Shown one piece after another: positions 8,875 through 18,357 of a stretch of 33,927 nt of DNA. The stretch spans positions 1-33,927 of the forward strand of contig DATDUR010000096.1 of the NCBI GenBank assembly GCA_035290305.1. The letters run 5' to 3'. Positions within the stretch are counted from its first letter, which is position 1; every line of letters begins with the position of its first letter. The stretch comes from Patescibacteria group bacterium (GTDB lineage: Bacteria > Patescibacteriota > Patescibacteriia > UBA1558 > UBA10009). The position numbers and the translations under genes were made by a program. The notes beneath the pieces were generated by a model. It had not been told where the DNA came from. It saw nothing but the letters and a program-made list of their open reading frames with translations, and ran no database searches.

Positions 8875-10521
8875 ATGCTAAAGATTATTTATTTTATGAA
8901 GGCTAACTCGTCTAAGCTGACATTTTTGATTTTTGGCGTAATTTTTTTTGTTTTATATTCTTATCTGGCTTTTAACACCGCGGTCTCCTGGACCGGCTCT
9001 CCCAAGCTGATTCAGAACTCGCCGGATGAAACGGCCAACCTTTATTTCAGCCATCTTTTTTCCCAAAGCGGCCGGTTGGCTTTTACCGAACCGGCTAACC
9101 AAATTGCCGTCGACCTGGTGGCGCCCCGAAGCATGAGAGTCATCGGAGGCCAGACCGCGCCGGCCGGCTTTTTGGGTCTACCCATCATTTACGGCAGTTT
9201 GGCCAAGATTGCCGGCGCGGGAGCCATGCCTTTTTTCACGCCGCTGTTGGCCATTCTGGCGCTCGGCTTTTTTTACTTTTTAATCAAAGAACTGTTTAAC
9301 GAAAAAATCGCTTTTTTATCGGCCGCTTTCGCTTTTATTTTCCCGGGCTGGTGGTATTACGCGGCCAGAGGGATGCTGCCCAACGTGGCTTTCTTATCTT
9401 TCTTTATTATTGCCTTTTACTTTTTTATCAGACTGCTTAAACAGCCAAAAATCTTTTACTACCTGTTGTTCGGATTTTTTCTGGCCTTAAGTTTGATGGT
9501 CAGGACTTCCGAAATCGTCTGGACTTTGCCGCTGCTGTTGATTTTAACTTTGCTTAATTTTAAAAAAATCAACTGGCTCCGTTTCGGGCTAAGCGTGCTG
9601 TTGTTTATTATCTGCTTTTTTCCGGTATTTTATTACAATTTCCAGATTTACGGCAGTCCGCTTTCCATCGGGTATGGCCTGACGCGGGATTTTAGCGGCC
9701 AAAATTTGGTTCAGCAGGGTCTTAACCTGTCCCAAAAAATTCTCCTGCCTTTCGGTTTTAATCCGGGCCTGGCCCTAAAAAATTTCTATAATTATACCGC
9801 GGGCATCTTTCCCTTATGGACCCTGTTATTCGGCTTAGGTTTGCTTATCTCAATCCTCTACAGAAAACTAATCAAGCCCGATAAAAGAAAAACGTTTTAT
9901 CTATATTTACTGCTGCTGATATTTTTTGGGGGGTATCTGGTGATTTACTACGGCAGCTGGTCTTTTCACGACCATCCCGACCCGGCCGCCGTAACCATCG
10001 GCACGTCTTATATCAGATACTGGCTGCCGCTTTATCTGTTCAGCCTGCCTTTATTAGCCATCGTTCTTGATTTCTGCTTTCAGAAAAAGAAAAATCTCAA
10101 CCGTTTATTGACGGTTTACATTTGGTTGGCCCTGTTTTTTACTTCTTATCAACTGGCGGTTTTGGATCCGTCCGAAGGCATTTTACAGGTTCAAAAAAAC
10201 ATTGCCGGCTATCAATCCCTGGCCGCCGACGTAATTAAACGGACTCCGGAGAACGCCGTCATCATTGCCGAAAGAATGGATAAGGTCTTTTGGCCGGCCA
10301 GAAGCGTCATTTACGCCTTAAACCGCGATTATGATTATGTTAGAATAAAAGAACTTATAACGAACGGCTGGCCGGTTTACTGGTTTAGTTTTACTTTAAC
10401 GGATGAGAGCAGAAATCTTATCAATCAAAACAGTTACGCCAAGTTCGGTTTGAGGGCAGAGAAGTCCGTTCTGGATTTTAACAATCAAAGTTTATACCCC
10501 ATAAATATTATTACTAACTAG
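8875..10521 (+). CDS. GT-C fold glycosyltransferase (ArnT/PMT, GT39/GT83-like)
   Basis: 548 aa and multi-pass. The acidic motif SPDETANLYF lies in the first loop after TM1, as in GT-C enzymes, and there is a C-terminal soluble domain. The true start may be ATG 8896, because a TGATATAAT box abuts ATG 8875. Confidence 0.8.
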   Translation: MLKIIYFMKANSSKLTFLIFGVIFFVLYSYLAFNTAVSWTGSPKLIQNSPDETANLYFSHLFSQSGRLAFTEPANQIAVDLVAPRSMRVIGGQTAPAGFLGLPIIYGSLAKIAGAGAMPFFTPLLAILALGFFYFLIKELFNEKIAFLSAAFAFIFPGWWYYAARGMLPNVAFLSFFIIAFYFFIRLLKQPKIFYYLLFGFFLALSLMVRTSEIVWTLPLLLILTLLNFKKINWLRFGLSVLLFIICFFPVFYYNFQIYGSPLSIGYGLTRDFSGQNLVQQGLNLSQKILLPFGFNPGLALKNFYNYTAGIFPLWTLLFGLGLLISILYRKLIKPDKRKTFYLYLLLLIFFGGYLVIYYGSWSFHDHPDPAAVTIGTSYIRYWLPLYLFSLPLLAIVLDFCFQKKKNLNRLLTVYIWLALFFTSYQLAVLDPSEGILQVQKNIAGYQSLAADVIKRTPENAVIIAERMDKVFWPARSVIYALNRDYDYVRIKELITNGWPVYWFSFTLTDESRNLINQNSYAKFGLRAEKSVLDFNNQSLYPINIITN

Positions 10522-12021
10522 ATGAAAAGATTATTTTCACAATTAGCCTTAATCTCCAGGATTATCATTATTATTCTGCCTTTTTTTATTTTGGGCATAT
10601 TGGTGGCAAAAGATTTGGTGCCGGGCGGTCATCTGGAATTCACCTATGATTTTTCCACCGATTCGCCGGTTGTTACCAATCTGTTTCCGGCCAACCGCCT
10701 GTCCGAAATCAACCGGGTCAATAACACGGATTCTTACTGGCAGCAGCTAGAGGCGGAGCCGGTTTATTTTGAGACCAGGCTGCCGCAAAAATTTGAGACG
10801 GCCGAGGTGGAGCTGGTTTACCAGAATAAAAGCCAGCCGTTAATCCAGGTGGGTTTAAGGACTTTAGGCGAGAACGAGTGGAATTATTACTTTAAACCTC
10901 TGGAAAATCAGCTCTTGGACCGTTTGGACTGGTTTAAACTGGAGTCCGAAGACGGCACCATCTGGCAAAAGCAGAAAAAATACCTTAGCTGGCCGCAATT
11001 TTTGGACAATTTTGACAGTTTAAAAAACCTGGCCGCTTATGATTATCCGCTCCAAAGAAAATTCACCATGCCCGACTATCGGCCGGCCGATCAACTTACC
11101 GTGATTGACAGGACCATCCGGGGCCGGCACAGCTTCTATACTTACATTAAAAACGAGCCTCTGGACTTCACTTTTACGGTTCAGGACATCAACCGCAGCC
11201 AAGGTCCGGATTTTTTAACGATTAACGTTTACAACGAAGCTAACGACAGAATCTATCAGAAACAACTTGGCGATGACGGCTACATTTCCAATCTGGATCC
11301 GGCCAGCGACCCCCGCGAGGTAAGCCTTAAAATCAACGGCCTGCCCGAAGGGGTTTACCGGCTGGAGCTGGAATGCGAAGACGAGTTTTTCTTCAGGCGG
11401 ATAACCACCAGGCAACAGTACCTTACTTTCATCAACCGGATTTATCTGGCCGACAGCCCGGAGTACGCCGACGGTTTTGTGGACCTGGATTATTCGCCGG
11501 TGAGCCTCTATAACACCATTCCGCGCCTAGGTTTTGAAACTTCGCATCCCGAAGGCCTGCAAACGGTGGGTATCGGCACTACACAAAGCCTGACTTTAAG
11601 CGAAATCCATAAAAATTATTTTATCACCGCTTTGGCAGTGCCGGCCGTGATTCAGTCGCCCAAAAACGACCTCAAAATTTTCGGCCGCGGCCTGCTGGCT
11701 TTTTCCAAAACCATGTATTTTAATCCGGAAATTTACGAATTGCGGGATTTCTTTATCAGCGACCAGACCGATTATCTGATTTCCGAATATCAAACGCCGG
11801 CCATTCTGGAAAACGGCTGGAAAAAGAACAGCGTCAAATTTGATTTGCAAAACGCCGAAATCGTCAACCGTAAATTAAGGTTCGCCTTGAGTATTCCCGA
11901 GTTGAACAGCTCGGCCGAAACCATTCCGCTCAAAAGCATTAAAATAACTTTGGACAAAGAACCCCTAAGCTACCAAGAAATTATCGCCAAAATATTTAAA
12001 TACGTAAGGGAGAAATTTTAA
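10522..12021 (+). CDS. N-terminally anchored extracytoplasmic protein, function unknown
   Basis: 499 aa with a single N-terminal hydrophobic helix (IIIIILPFFILGILVA) followed by a hydrophilic domain. The start directly follows the stop of the GT-C gene. Confidence 0.75.
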   Translation: MKRLFSQLALISRIIIIILPFFILGILVAKDLVPGGHLEFTYDFSTDSPVVTNLFPANRLSEINRVNNTDSYWQQLEAEPVYFETRLPQKFETAEVELVYQNKSQPLIQVGLRTLGENEWNYYFKPLENQLLDRLDWFKLESEDGTIWQKQKKYLSWPQFLDNFDSLKNLAAYDYPLQRKFTMPDYRPADQLTVIDRTIRGRHSFYTYIKNEPLDFTFTVQDINRSQGPDFLTINVYNEANDRIYQKQLGDDGYISNLDPASDPREVSLKINGLPEGVYRLELECEDEFFFRRITTRQQYLTFINRIYLADSPEYADGFVDLDYSPVSLYNTIPRLGFETSHPEGLQTVGIGTTQSLTLSEIHKNYFITALAVPAVIQSPKNDLKIFGRGLLAFSKTMYFNPEIYELRDFFISDQTDYLISEYQTPAILENGWKKNSVKFDLQNAEIVNRKLRFALSIPELNSSAETIPLKSIKITLDKEPLSYQEIIAKIFKYVREKF

Positions 12022-12090
12022 ATTAATTTAAAAATTTATAATTCTAAGATTAAATTGAAATTGAAAATTTAAAATTATAAATTAATTAAT

Positions 12091-12501
12091 ATGTTCGGAT
12101 TTGAAACAACCAAACGAAAAAGAAACCGATTCTTTAAATATCTGGGCTTCTGCGCGGTGGAAGTGAGCCGGACGGCTTTTGTAGTATCGGTTATCAGCTA
12201 TGTTGTTTATCTGGCTCTGGAAAATTTCAAAACCGGCCTTATCAGCAATTATTTTGATTTAAACATCCTGCTGCTCGCGGCCGCCTTATCCGGTTTAATC
12301 ATTATTTTATTTAACGAAGAAACGAAAAACCGGCGTCCCCGCCGGAGAATTTTTACGGCCGTTATTTTGGCTTTGGCCGTGGCGATTTACAGTTATCAGG
12401 AGTTTAATAATCTGGGCAAAATCAGCTATTTATTGACGATTTTAACGGCATTGACAATCTTCTCCATTATTGCCATATTAGATAGACAAAACTATGATTG
12501 A
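12091..12501 (+). CDS. small membrane protein, unknown function
   Basis: 136 aa with 3-4 hydrophobic helices and a central RRPRRR loop. Its end overlaps the rfbC-like start by 8 nt. Confidence 0.6.
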   Translation: MFGFETTKRKRNRFFKYLGFCAVEVSRTAFVVSVISYVVYLALENFKTGLISNYFDLNILLLAAALSGLIIILFNEETKNRRPRRRIFTAVILALAVAIYSYQEFNNLGKISYLLTILTALTIFSIIAILDRQNYD

Positions 12502-12970
12502 CGGCGTAAAAATCAAACAGCTCAAACCTCTAACGGACGACCGCGGTCTGCTGATGGAGTTTTTGCGCGATGACGATGAAATCTTCCAGAAATTCGGCCA
12601 GGTTTACATGACTTTAGTCAAACGGGGCCTGGTTAAAGCCTGGCATTTTCACGAAAAACAGGACGATTATTTTGTTTGCCTGGAAGGCCGGGCGCTGGTG
12701 GCTTTGCACGACATGCGCAAAGATTCTCCGACTTACGGTCAAAGTCAGGATTTTAAGCTGGCCGCTCCGGAATTGGAAGGGGAGCATCTGCTGATTAAAA
12801 TCCCCAAAGGCGTGGCTCACGGTTTTACGGCCCTTGACTGCGAGCAGGCCAAAATCGTCAACATACCCACGCAAAAATATAACTATGATAATCCCGATGA
12901 AATCCGCTTTCCCTGGAACGATCCGTCAATAAATTACCGCTGGCCGGAGGAAGTGAAAGACGGGGGCTAA
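12494..12970 (+). CDS. rfbC: dTDP-4-dehydrorhamnose 3,5-epimerase-like cupin (short form)
   Basis: 158 aa with the RmlC-like pattern DDRGLLMEF...VKAWHFH...VCLEGRALVALHDMRKDSPTYG...IPKGVAHGF. It is shorter than classical RmlC. Confidence 0.82.
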   Translation: MIDGVKIKQLKPLTDDRGLLMEFLRDDDEIFQKFGQVYMTLVKRGLVKAWHFHEKQDDYFVCLEGRALVALHDMRKDSPTYGQSQDFKLAAPELEGEHLLIKIPKGVAHGFTALDCEQAKIVNIPTQKYNYDNPDEIRFPWNDPSINYRWPEEVKDGG

Positions 12971-13052
12971 TTTTGAATTTCCAATGTCCAATCAAACCCC
13001 AAATTATCAAGATTAAATTGAAAATTTTAGTTTTAATAATTATTTCCAGCTT

Positions 13053-13457
13053 ATGGACTGCATCTTTTGCAAAATCGTGGCCGGGGAACTGCCTGCCTAT
13101 AAAATTTACGAAGATAAAAGATTTTTGGCTTTTCTGGACATCAATCCGGTTAATAAAGGCCATGTTTTGGTTATTGCCAAAGAACATTATCAAAGCTTTG
13201 CCGAAACGCCCCACGACGTTTTAAAAGACCTGATTGTAAAAATTCAGGACGTCAGCAAGGCCATGACCGAAGCCTTGGGCCTAAAGGGCTTTAACGTGGT
13301 TAACAATAACGGCGCCGTGGCCGGACAATTAGTGGAACATCTCCATTTCCACATCATTCCGCGGCTAGCCGGAGACAATCTGCACCCCTGGCCGGGCAAG
13401 ACTTTTAGCGATGAAGAAATGAAAAGAACGGCCGAAAATATCAGTAAACAACTATAA
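13053..13457 (+). CDS. HIT (histidine triad) family protein
   Basis: 134 aa with CIFCKI near the N-terminus and the histidine triad HLHFHIIPR. Confidence 0.92.
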   Translation: MDCIFCKIVAGELPAYKIYEDKRFLAFLDINPVNKGHVLVIAKEHYQSFAETPHDVLKDLIVKIQDVSKAMTEALGLKGFNVVNNNGAVAGQLVEHLHFHIIPRLAGDNLHPWPGKTFSDEEMKRTAENISKQL

Positions 13458-13458
13458 G

Positions 13459-14430
13459 ATGAATGTCTTGGTTTACGGTTCAATGGCTTACGACCAGATT
13501 ATGGATTTTCCGGATAGTTTTGACCGGCACATCCTGCCATCGGAAATAAAAAAACTTAACGTCAGCTTTACGGTTTCGGAATTCAAGCAGACTTTCGGCG
13601 GCACGGCCGGCAACATCGCTTACAATCTGGCTTTGTTGAAAATCAAGCCGGTTCTGCACGCTGCGGTCGGACGGGATTTTGACAGATACGAGAGCAGATT
13701 TAAAAAATTGGGCATTAACATATCCGGCGTAAAAAAATATCCCCGGACCATTACCGCTTCGGCTTACATCATTACCGATAAAAAAGACAATCAGATTACC
13801 GGTTTTTTTCCCGGCGCTTTGATTTTTAAAGCCAAAAAACCGTCGGTCAAAAAAGGGGATTTAGCCATTATTGCTCCGGGCAACGCTCTGGAAATGCTGG
13901 AACTGGCCGACTACTACTACGACAAAAAAACTTTTTTTATCTTTGACCCGGGCCAGCAGATTATCAACTTTACCAAAAACCAGCTGCGGCAAACGATTGA
14001 GAAGGCTTCGCTTTACGTGGTTAATGATTATGAATTGTCGCTGACCAAGAAAATCACCGGTTATGACCAGGCGACCATTTTAAAAAAAGCGGGCATCTTG
14101 ATTACCACTTTAGGCGCCCAGGGTTCCGTCATTGACCTGAATTTTAAAAATCAGACCGCCAGAGTCAAAATCAGACCGGCCAAACCGGTTATCGCCAAAG
14201 ACCCGACCGGTTCCGGCGACGCTTACCGGGCCGGACTGATTAAAGGCCTGGTCTTAAATCAACGCTTATTAAAGAAGCCTCTAAAACTGCCCTGGCTTAC
14301 CATCGGCCAGCTGGCCAGTCTGGCCGGCACTTACGCGGTGGAAAACTACGGCACCCAGAATCATCAGTATACTTTTGAACAATTTAAAACAAGATATTTT
14401 AAAGAATTTAAGTTAAAATTAACAAGATAA
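13459..14430 (+). CDS. PfkB-family carbohydrate/nucleoside kinase (adenosine kinase candidate)
   Basis: 323 aa with GGTAGNIAYNL and the C-terminal PfkB signature DPTGSGDAYRAG. The adenosine kinase idea rests only on adjacency to ahcY. Confidence 0.88.
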   Translation: MNVLVYGSMAYDQIMDFPDSFDRHILPSEIKKLNVSFTVSEFKQTFGGTAGNIAYNLALLKIKPVLHAAVGRDFDRYESRFKKLGINISGVKKYPRTITASAYIITDKKDNQITGFFPGALIFKAKKPSVKKGDLAIIAPGNALEMLELADYYYDKKTFFIFDPGQQIINFTKNQLRQTIEKASLYVVNDYELSLTKKITGYDQATILKKAGILITTLGAQGSVIDLNFKNQTARVKIRPAKPVIAKDPTGSGDAYRAGLIKGLVLNQRLLKKPLKLPWLTIGQLASLAGTYAVENYGTQNHQYTFEQFKTRYFKEFKLKLTR

Positions 14431-14445
14431 CCCATTAAAAATAAC

Positions 14446-15702
14446 ATGAGGTACGACATCAAGAACGTCAGACTGGCGAGCCAAGGCAAAAAAAAGATTG
14501 TCTGGGCCGAAAAACAAATGGACGTTTTAAGGCAGATCAGCGAAAGATTTGCCAAACAAAAACCTTTAAAAGGCAAAAAGATAGCGGCCTGTTTGCACGT
14601 GACTTCGGAAACCGCCAATTTAATGCGGACTTTAAAGGCCGGCGGCGCCAGCGTGGTTTTATGCGCTTCCAATCCTTTGTCCACCCAGGACGAGGTGGCG
14701 GCCAGCTTAGTCAAAGATTACGGCATTCCGGTTTTTGCCATAACCGGCGCCACCCGCCAGCAATATTACCGGCATATCAACGCCGCTTTGGATATTAAAC
14801 CTAATTTAACCATGGATGACGGCGCCGATTTGGTTTCGGTCATCCACACCAAAAGAAAAAATCTGGTCAAAGGCATCTTGGGCGGCACCGAAGAGACCAC
14901 CACCGGCGTCATCAGGCTGAAAGCCCTGGCCGCTCAAAAAAAACTGTTATATCCGATAGTGGCCGTCAACGACGCCCAGACCAAGCATTTTTTTGACAAC
15001 CGCTACGGCACGGGCCAGTCCACCCTGGACGGCATTATCCGCGCGACCAACATTCTGTTGGCCGGCAAAACGGTCGTGGTGGCCGGCTACGGCTGGTGCG
15101 GCCGCGGTTTTGCCGCCAAAGCCAGGGGCCTGGGCGCCAAAGTGATTGTCACCGAAGTGGACCAGCTAAAAGCCCTGGAAGCGGTCATGGACGGTTTTGA
15201 AGTGATGACTATGCTTAAAGCCGCGCGCTTGGGAGACATTTTCTGCACTCTGACCGGTGATATTAAAGTCGTCGGGAAGGAACACTTCGCCAAAATGAAA
15301 GACGGCGCGGTGGTCTGCAACTCCGGACATTTTGACGTGGAACTGGACTTGGTGGCCCTTAAAAAAATGTCCAAAAAGGTTTATGAAGCCAGGCGTTTCG
15401 TGGAAGCCTACCAGTTAAAAAACAACCGGGTGATAAACGTGCTTGCCGGCGGACGGCTGGTTAATCTGTCGGCGGCCGAGGGCCATCCGGCCTCGGTCAT
15501 GGACATGAGCTTTGCCAACCAGTCTCTGGCCGCGGAATTCGTGGTTAAAAACCATCAACGGCTGGAAAATAAAGTTTACGACGTAACCAGCCAAAACGAC
15601 GATTACATCGCCAAAGCCAAACTTAAATCGCTTGGGGTGGCCATTGATAAACTTACTCCCGAACAACAAAAGTATTTAAACAGCTGGGAGATGGGAACGT
15701 AG
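14446..15702 (+). CDS. ahcY: adenosylhomocysteinase
   Basis: 418 aa with EETTTG, the NAD-binding motif GYGWCGRG and the tail EQQKYLNSW. Short bacterial/archaeal type. Confidence 0.95.
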   Translation: MRYDIKNVRLASQGKKKIVWAEKQMDVLRQISERFAKQKPLKGKKIAACLHVTSETANLMRTLKAGGASVVLCASNPLSTQDEVAASLVKDYGIPVFAITGATRQQYYRHINAALDIKPNLTMDDGADLVSVIHTKRKNLVKGILGGTEETTTGVIRLKALAAQKKLLYPIVAVNDAQTKHFFDNRYGTGQSTLDGIIRATNILLAGKTVVVAGYGWCGRGFAAKARGLGAKVIVTEVDQLKALEAVMDGFEVMTMLKAARLGDIFCTLTGDIKVVGKEHFAKMKDGAVVCNSGHFDVELDLVALKKMSKKVYEARRFVEAYQLKNNRVINVLAGGRLVNLSAAEGHPASVMDMSFANQSLAAEFVVKNHQRLENKVYDVTSQNDDYIAKAKLKSLGVAIDKLTPEQQKYLNSWEMGT

Positions 15703-15728
15703 TTGTAAATTTTTAATGAATTTAAAAA

Positions 15729-16736
15729 ATGAATATCTTAGTTACCGGCGGTGCCGGGTTTATCGGTTCAAACTTCATCAGGCATATTCTGAAAAAATAT
15801 CCTGATTTCAGCGTGACCAATCTGGACAAGCTTACTTACGCCGGCAATCTCAATAATCTTAAGGACCTGGAAGGCAACGCCAACTATAAATTCATCAAAG
15901 GGGACATCGCCGACAAGCGGACGGTCTTTAAAATTTTAAGATTCAATAAAATAGACGCCGTGATTAATTACGCGGCCGAAACCCACGTGGACCGCTCCAT
16001 TCTGGATCCGGACGCTTTTGTTAGAACCGACGTCATCGGCACTTATAACCTGCTGGAAGGCGTTAAGGAATTCAAAATAGCCAAATTCATCCAGATTTCC
16101 ACCGATGAAGTCTACGGCAGTATTGATAAGGGTAAATTTACCGAGGAATCGCCGCTGTTGCCCAATAGCCCCTACAGCTCCTCCAAGGCGGCCGGGGATT
16201 TACTCTGCCGTTCTTACGTTAAAACTTACGGCTTGCCGGTCGTCATTACCCGCTCCTGCAACTGCTACGGACCGTTCCAGTATCCGGAAAAGTTAATTTC
16301 CCTGTTTATCACCAATCTGCTGGAAGATAAAAAAATACCTCTTTACGGCCGGGGTTTAAACGTCCGCGAATGGCTCTACGTGGCCGACCACTGCAACGCC
16401 GTTGATTTCATCCTGCACAAGGGCGAAGCGGGCGAGATTTACAACATCGGTTCGGGCGTGGAAAAAAAGAACTCGGAAATAACCGGACTTATTCTGGAAC
16501 AACTGGATAAAGGAAGCGAGATGATTGAATACATCAAAGACCGTCCGGGCCATGATTTAAGATACGCTCTCAATGCCCGCAAACTTGAAAAGCTCGGCTG
16601 GCAGACGGAATTTGATTTTGAACGGGCCATCAAGGAAACGGTCCGCTGGTACAAGCAGAACGACTGGTGGTGGCGGCCGCTTAAATCCGGAGAATACTTG
16701 GAATATTACAAAAAGCAATATAAGATTGCCTTATGA
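15729..16736 (+). CDS. rfbB: dTDP-glucose 4,6-dehydratase
   Basis: 335 aa with TGGAGFIGSNF, the SDR YxxxK motif (YSSSKAAGD) and DRPGHDLRYA. Confidence 0.95.
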   Translation: MNILVTGGAGFIGSNFIRHILKKYPDFSVTNLDKLTYAGNLNNLKDLEGNANYKFIKGDIADKRTVFKILRFNKIDAVINYAAETHVDRSILDPDAFVRTDVIGTYNLLEGVKEFKIAKFIQISTDEVYGSIDKGKFTEESPLLPNSPYSSSKAAGDLLCRSYVKTYGLPVVITRSCNCYGPFQYPEKLISLFITNLLEDKKIPLYGRGLNVREWLYVADHCNAVDFILHKGEAGEIYNIGSGVEKKNSEITGLILEQLDKGSEMIEYIKDRPGHDLRYALNARKLEKLGWQTEFDFERAIKETVRWYKQNDWWWRPLKSGEYLEYYKKQYKIAL

Positions 16737-17566
16737 AGCTTCTACTGCTCGGAGCGGGCGGCATGCTCGGACACGCTTTGGCCAGGGAACTGGCCGATTA
16801 CGACATGGTCGTCGGCGACTTGCCGGATTTTGACCTTACCGACTTTAAAAATTTGAACGAAAAAATCAGGCAGATTAAACCCGAGGTCTTAATCAATTGC
16901 GCCGCTTACACCGACGTTGACGGCTGCGAACAAAACGCCGAAGCCGCCGAACGGGTTAACGGCGAGGCCCTGTCTAATCTGGCGAAAATCTGTTCCGAAC
17001 TGGACGTTATTCTGGTGCACTACAGCACCGACTATGTTTTTGACGGCGGGCAGGAAAAAGGAATTGAAGAAAATCACCCGCCCGAACCGGTCAACGAATA
17101 CGGCCGAAGTAAATATCTGGGCGAACAACGCCTGGCTGCCGGTTGTGATAAATATTATTTAATCAGAACTTCGGGGCTTTATGGAGAAAACGGCAAAAAT
17201 TTCGTTGACGCCATTCTGGAGGCCGCTCAAACCAAACCGGAAATAAAAGTCGTCAACGACCAATTTACCGCCACCGCTTACACGAATGATTTAGCCAAGG
17301 CCACGCGGGAAATCATTGAACAACGGCCGGCTTTCGGCATTTACCACCGAACCAACGGCGGCTCCTGCAGCTGGTATGAATTCGCCCAAAAAATAAAAGA
17401 GCTGGCCGGCTTTAAGGCCGAAATTATTCCCGTGAGCTCGGCCGACTATCAGCGCCCGGCCCAAAGACCAAAATTTTCCAAATTAATCAATACTAAATTA
17501 AAAGAACTAAGGCCCTGGGAGCAGGCTCTGAAAGAATATTTAAGTAAAAAGATGATTAAACTCTAA
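16733..17566 (+). CDS. rfbD: dTDP-4-dehydrorhamnose reductase
   Basis: 277 aa with GAGGMLG, STDYVFDG and YGRSKYLGE. The ATGA start/stop overlap with rfbB suggests translational coupling. Confidence 0.92.
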   Translation: MKLLLLGAGGMLGHALARELADYDMVVGDLPDFDLTDFKNLNEKIRQIKPEVLINCAAYTDVDGCEQNAEAAERVNGEALSNLAKICSELDVILVHYSTDYVFDGGQEKGIEENHPPEPVNEYGRSKYLGEQRLAAGCDKYYLIRTSGLYGENGKNFVDAILEAAQTKPEIKVVNDQFTATAYTNDLAKATREIIEQRPAFGIYHRTNGGSCSWYEFAQKIKELAGFKAEIIPVSSADYQRPAQRPKFSKLINTKLKELRPWEQALKEYLSKKMIKL

Positions 17567-17571
17567 TTCAA

Positions 17572-18294
17572 ATGAAAGGAGTAATTTTAGCCGGCGGTTT
17601 GGGCACGCGCCTTTACCCCTTAACTTACGCCACCAACAAGCATCTGTTGCCGGTTTACGACAAACCGATGATTTTCTATCCCATTAACACTCTGGTGAGC
17701 GCCGGTGTGACCGAGGTTTTGGTGGTGACCGGCGGGCCGCACGCCGGCCATTTTTCAAGGGTCTTGAAAAACGGCAAGGAGCTGGGCCTTAAACATCTGG
17801 AGTACGCTTTTCAGGAAGGGGAGGGCGGTATCGCCGCGGCCCTGGCTCTGGCCGAAGATTTTGCCGATAACGGCCCGATTGCCGTAATTTTAGGTGATAA
17901 TACCACTGATGCTGACATTGCTCCCCAAATTAAGGATTTTAAAGACGGCGCCTGCATCTTTCTTAAAGAAGTGCCCGACCCCGGGCGTTTCGGCGTGCCC
18001 GTCTTTGAAGGAGATAAAATCGTCAGGATAGAAGAAAAGCCGGCTCGCCCCCAAAGCAACTATGCCGTAACCGGTCTTTATCTTTACGACGCGAAAGTTT
18101 TTGACTGCATTAAAAAAATAAAACCCTCCGACCGGGGAGAGTTGGAAATTACCGACGTTAATAATTTTTACATCAAAGAAGGCAAACTGCGCTGGTCGGT
18201 TTTGGAAGGCTTCTGGAAAGACGCCGGCAAGTTTGAAACGCTCTTTGAAGTGAATCAGTACTGGTATGATAAAAGAACGAGGAATGACGAATAA
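17572..18294 (+). CDS. rfbA: glucose-1-phosphate thymidylyltransferase-like sugar nucleotidyltransferase (short form)
   Basis: 240 aa with MKGVILAGGLGTRLYPLT...NKHLLPVYDKPMIFYP, matching the RmlA N-terminal signature. Confidence 0.85.
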   Translation: MKGVILAGGLGTRLYPLTYATNKHLLPVYDKPMIFYPINTLVSAGVTEVLVVTGGPHAGHFSRVLKNGKELGLKHLEYAFQEGEGGIAAALALAEDFADNGPIAVILGDNTTDADIAPQIKDFKDGACIFLKEVPDPGRFGVPVFEGDKIVRIEEKPARPQSNYAVTGLYLYDAKVFDCIKKIKPSDRGELEITDVNNFYIKEGKLRWSVLEGFWKDAGKFETLFEVNQYWYDKRTRNDE

Positions 18295-18303
18295 AGAATG
18301 ATG

Positions 18304-18333
18304 TCCGCCAAAGGCGGATGCGCCTCTGGCGCA
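18304..18333. terminator. two back-to-back short GC hairpins between convergent genes
   Basis: TCCGCC-AAA-GGCGGA (18304-18318) is followed at once by TGCGCC-TCT-GGCGCA (18319-18333). Stems are 6 bp and there is no strong U tract. Confidence 0.35.
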
Positions 18334-18357
18334 AATGATGAATTTACTTATTATTTT

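Noticed and set aside
12858-13224. 118-aa (-) and 83-aa (+) ORFs overlapping the rfbC end and the HIT start
   Set aside because: They overlap recognisable genes (RmlC-like cupin, HIT with HxHxH), and their sequences are low-complexity.
14364-14714. 116-aa minus-strand ORF spanning the PfkB/ahcY junction
   Set aside because: It is antisense to two strongly supported genes and has no independent support.
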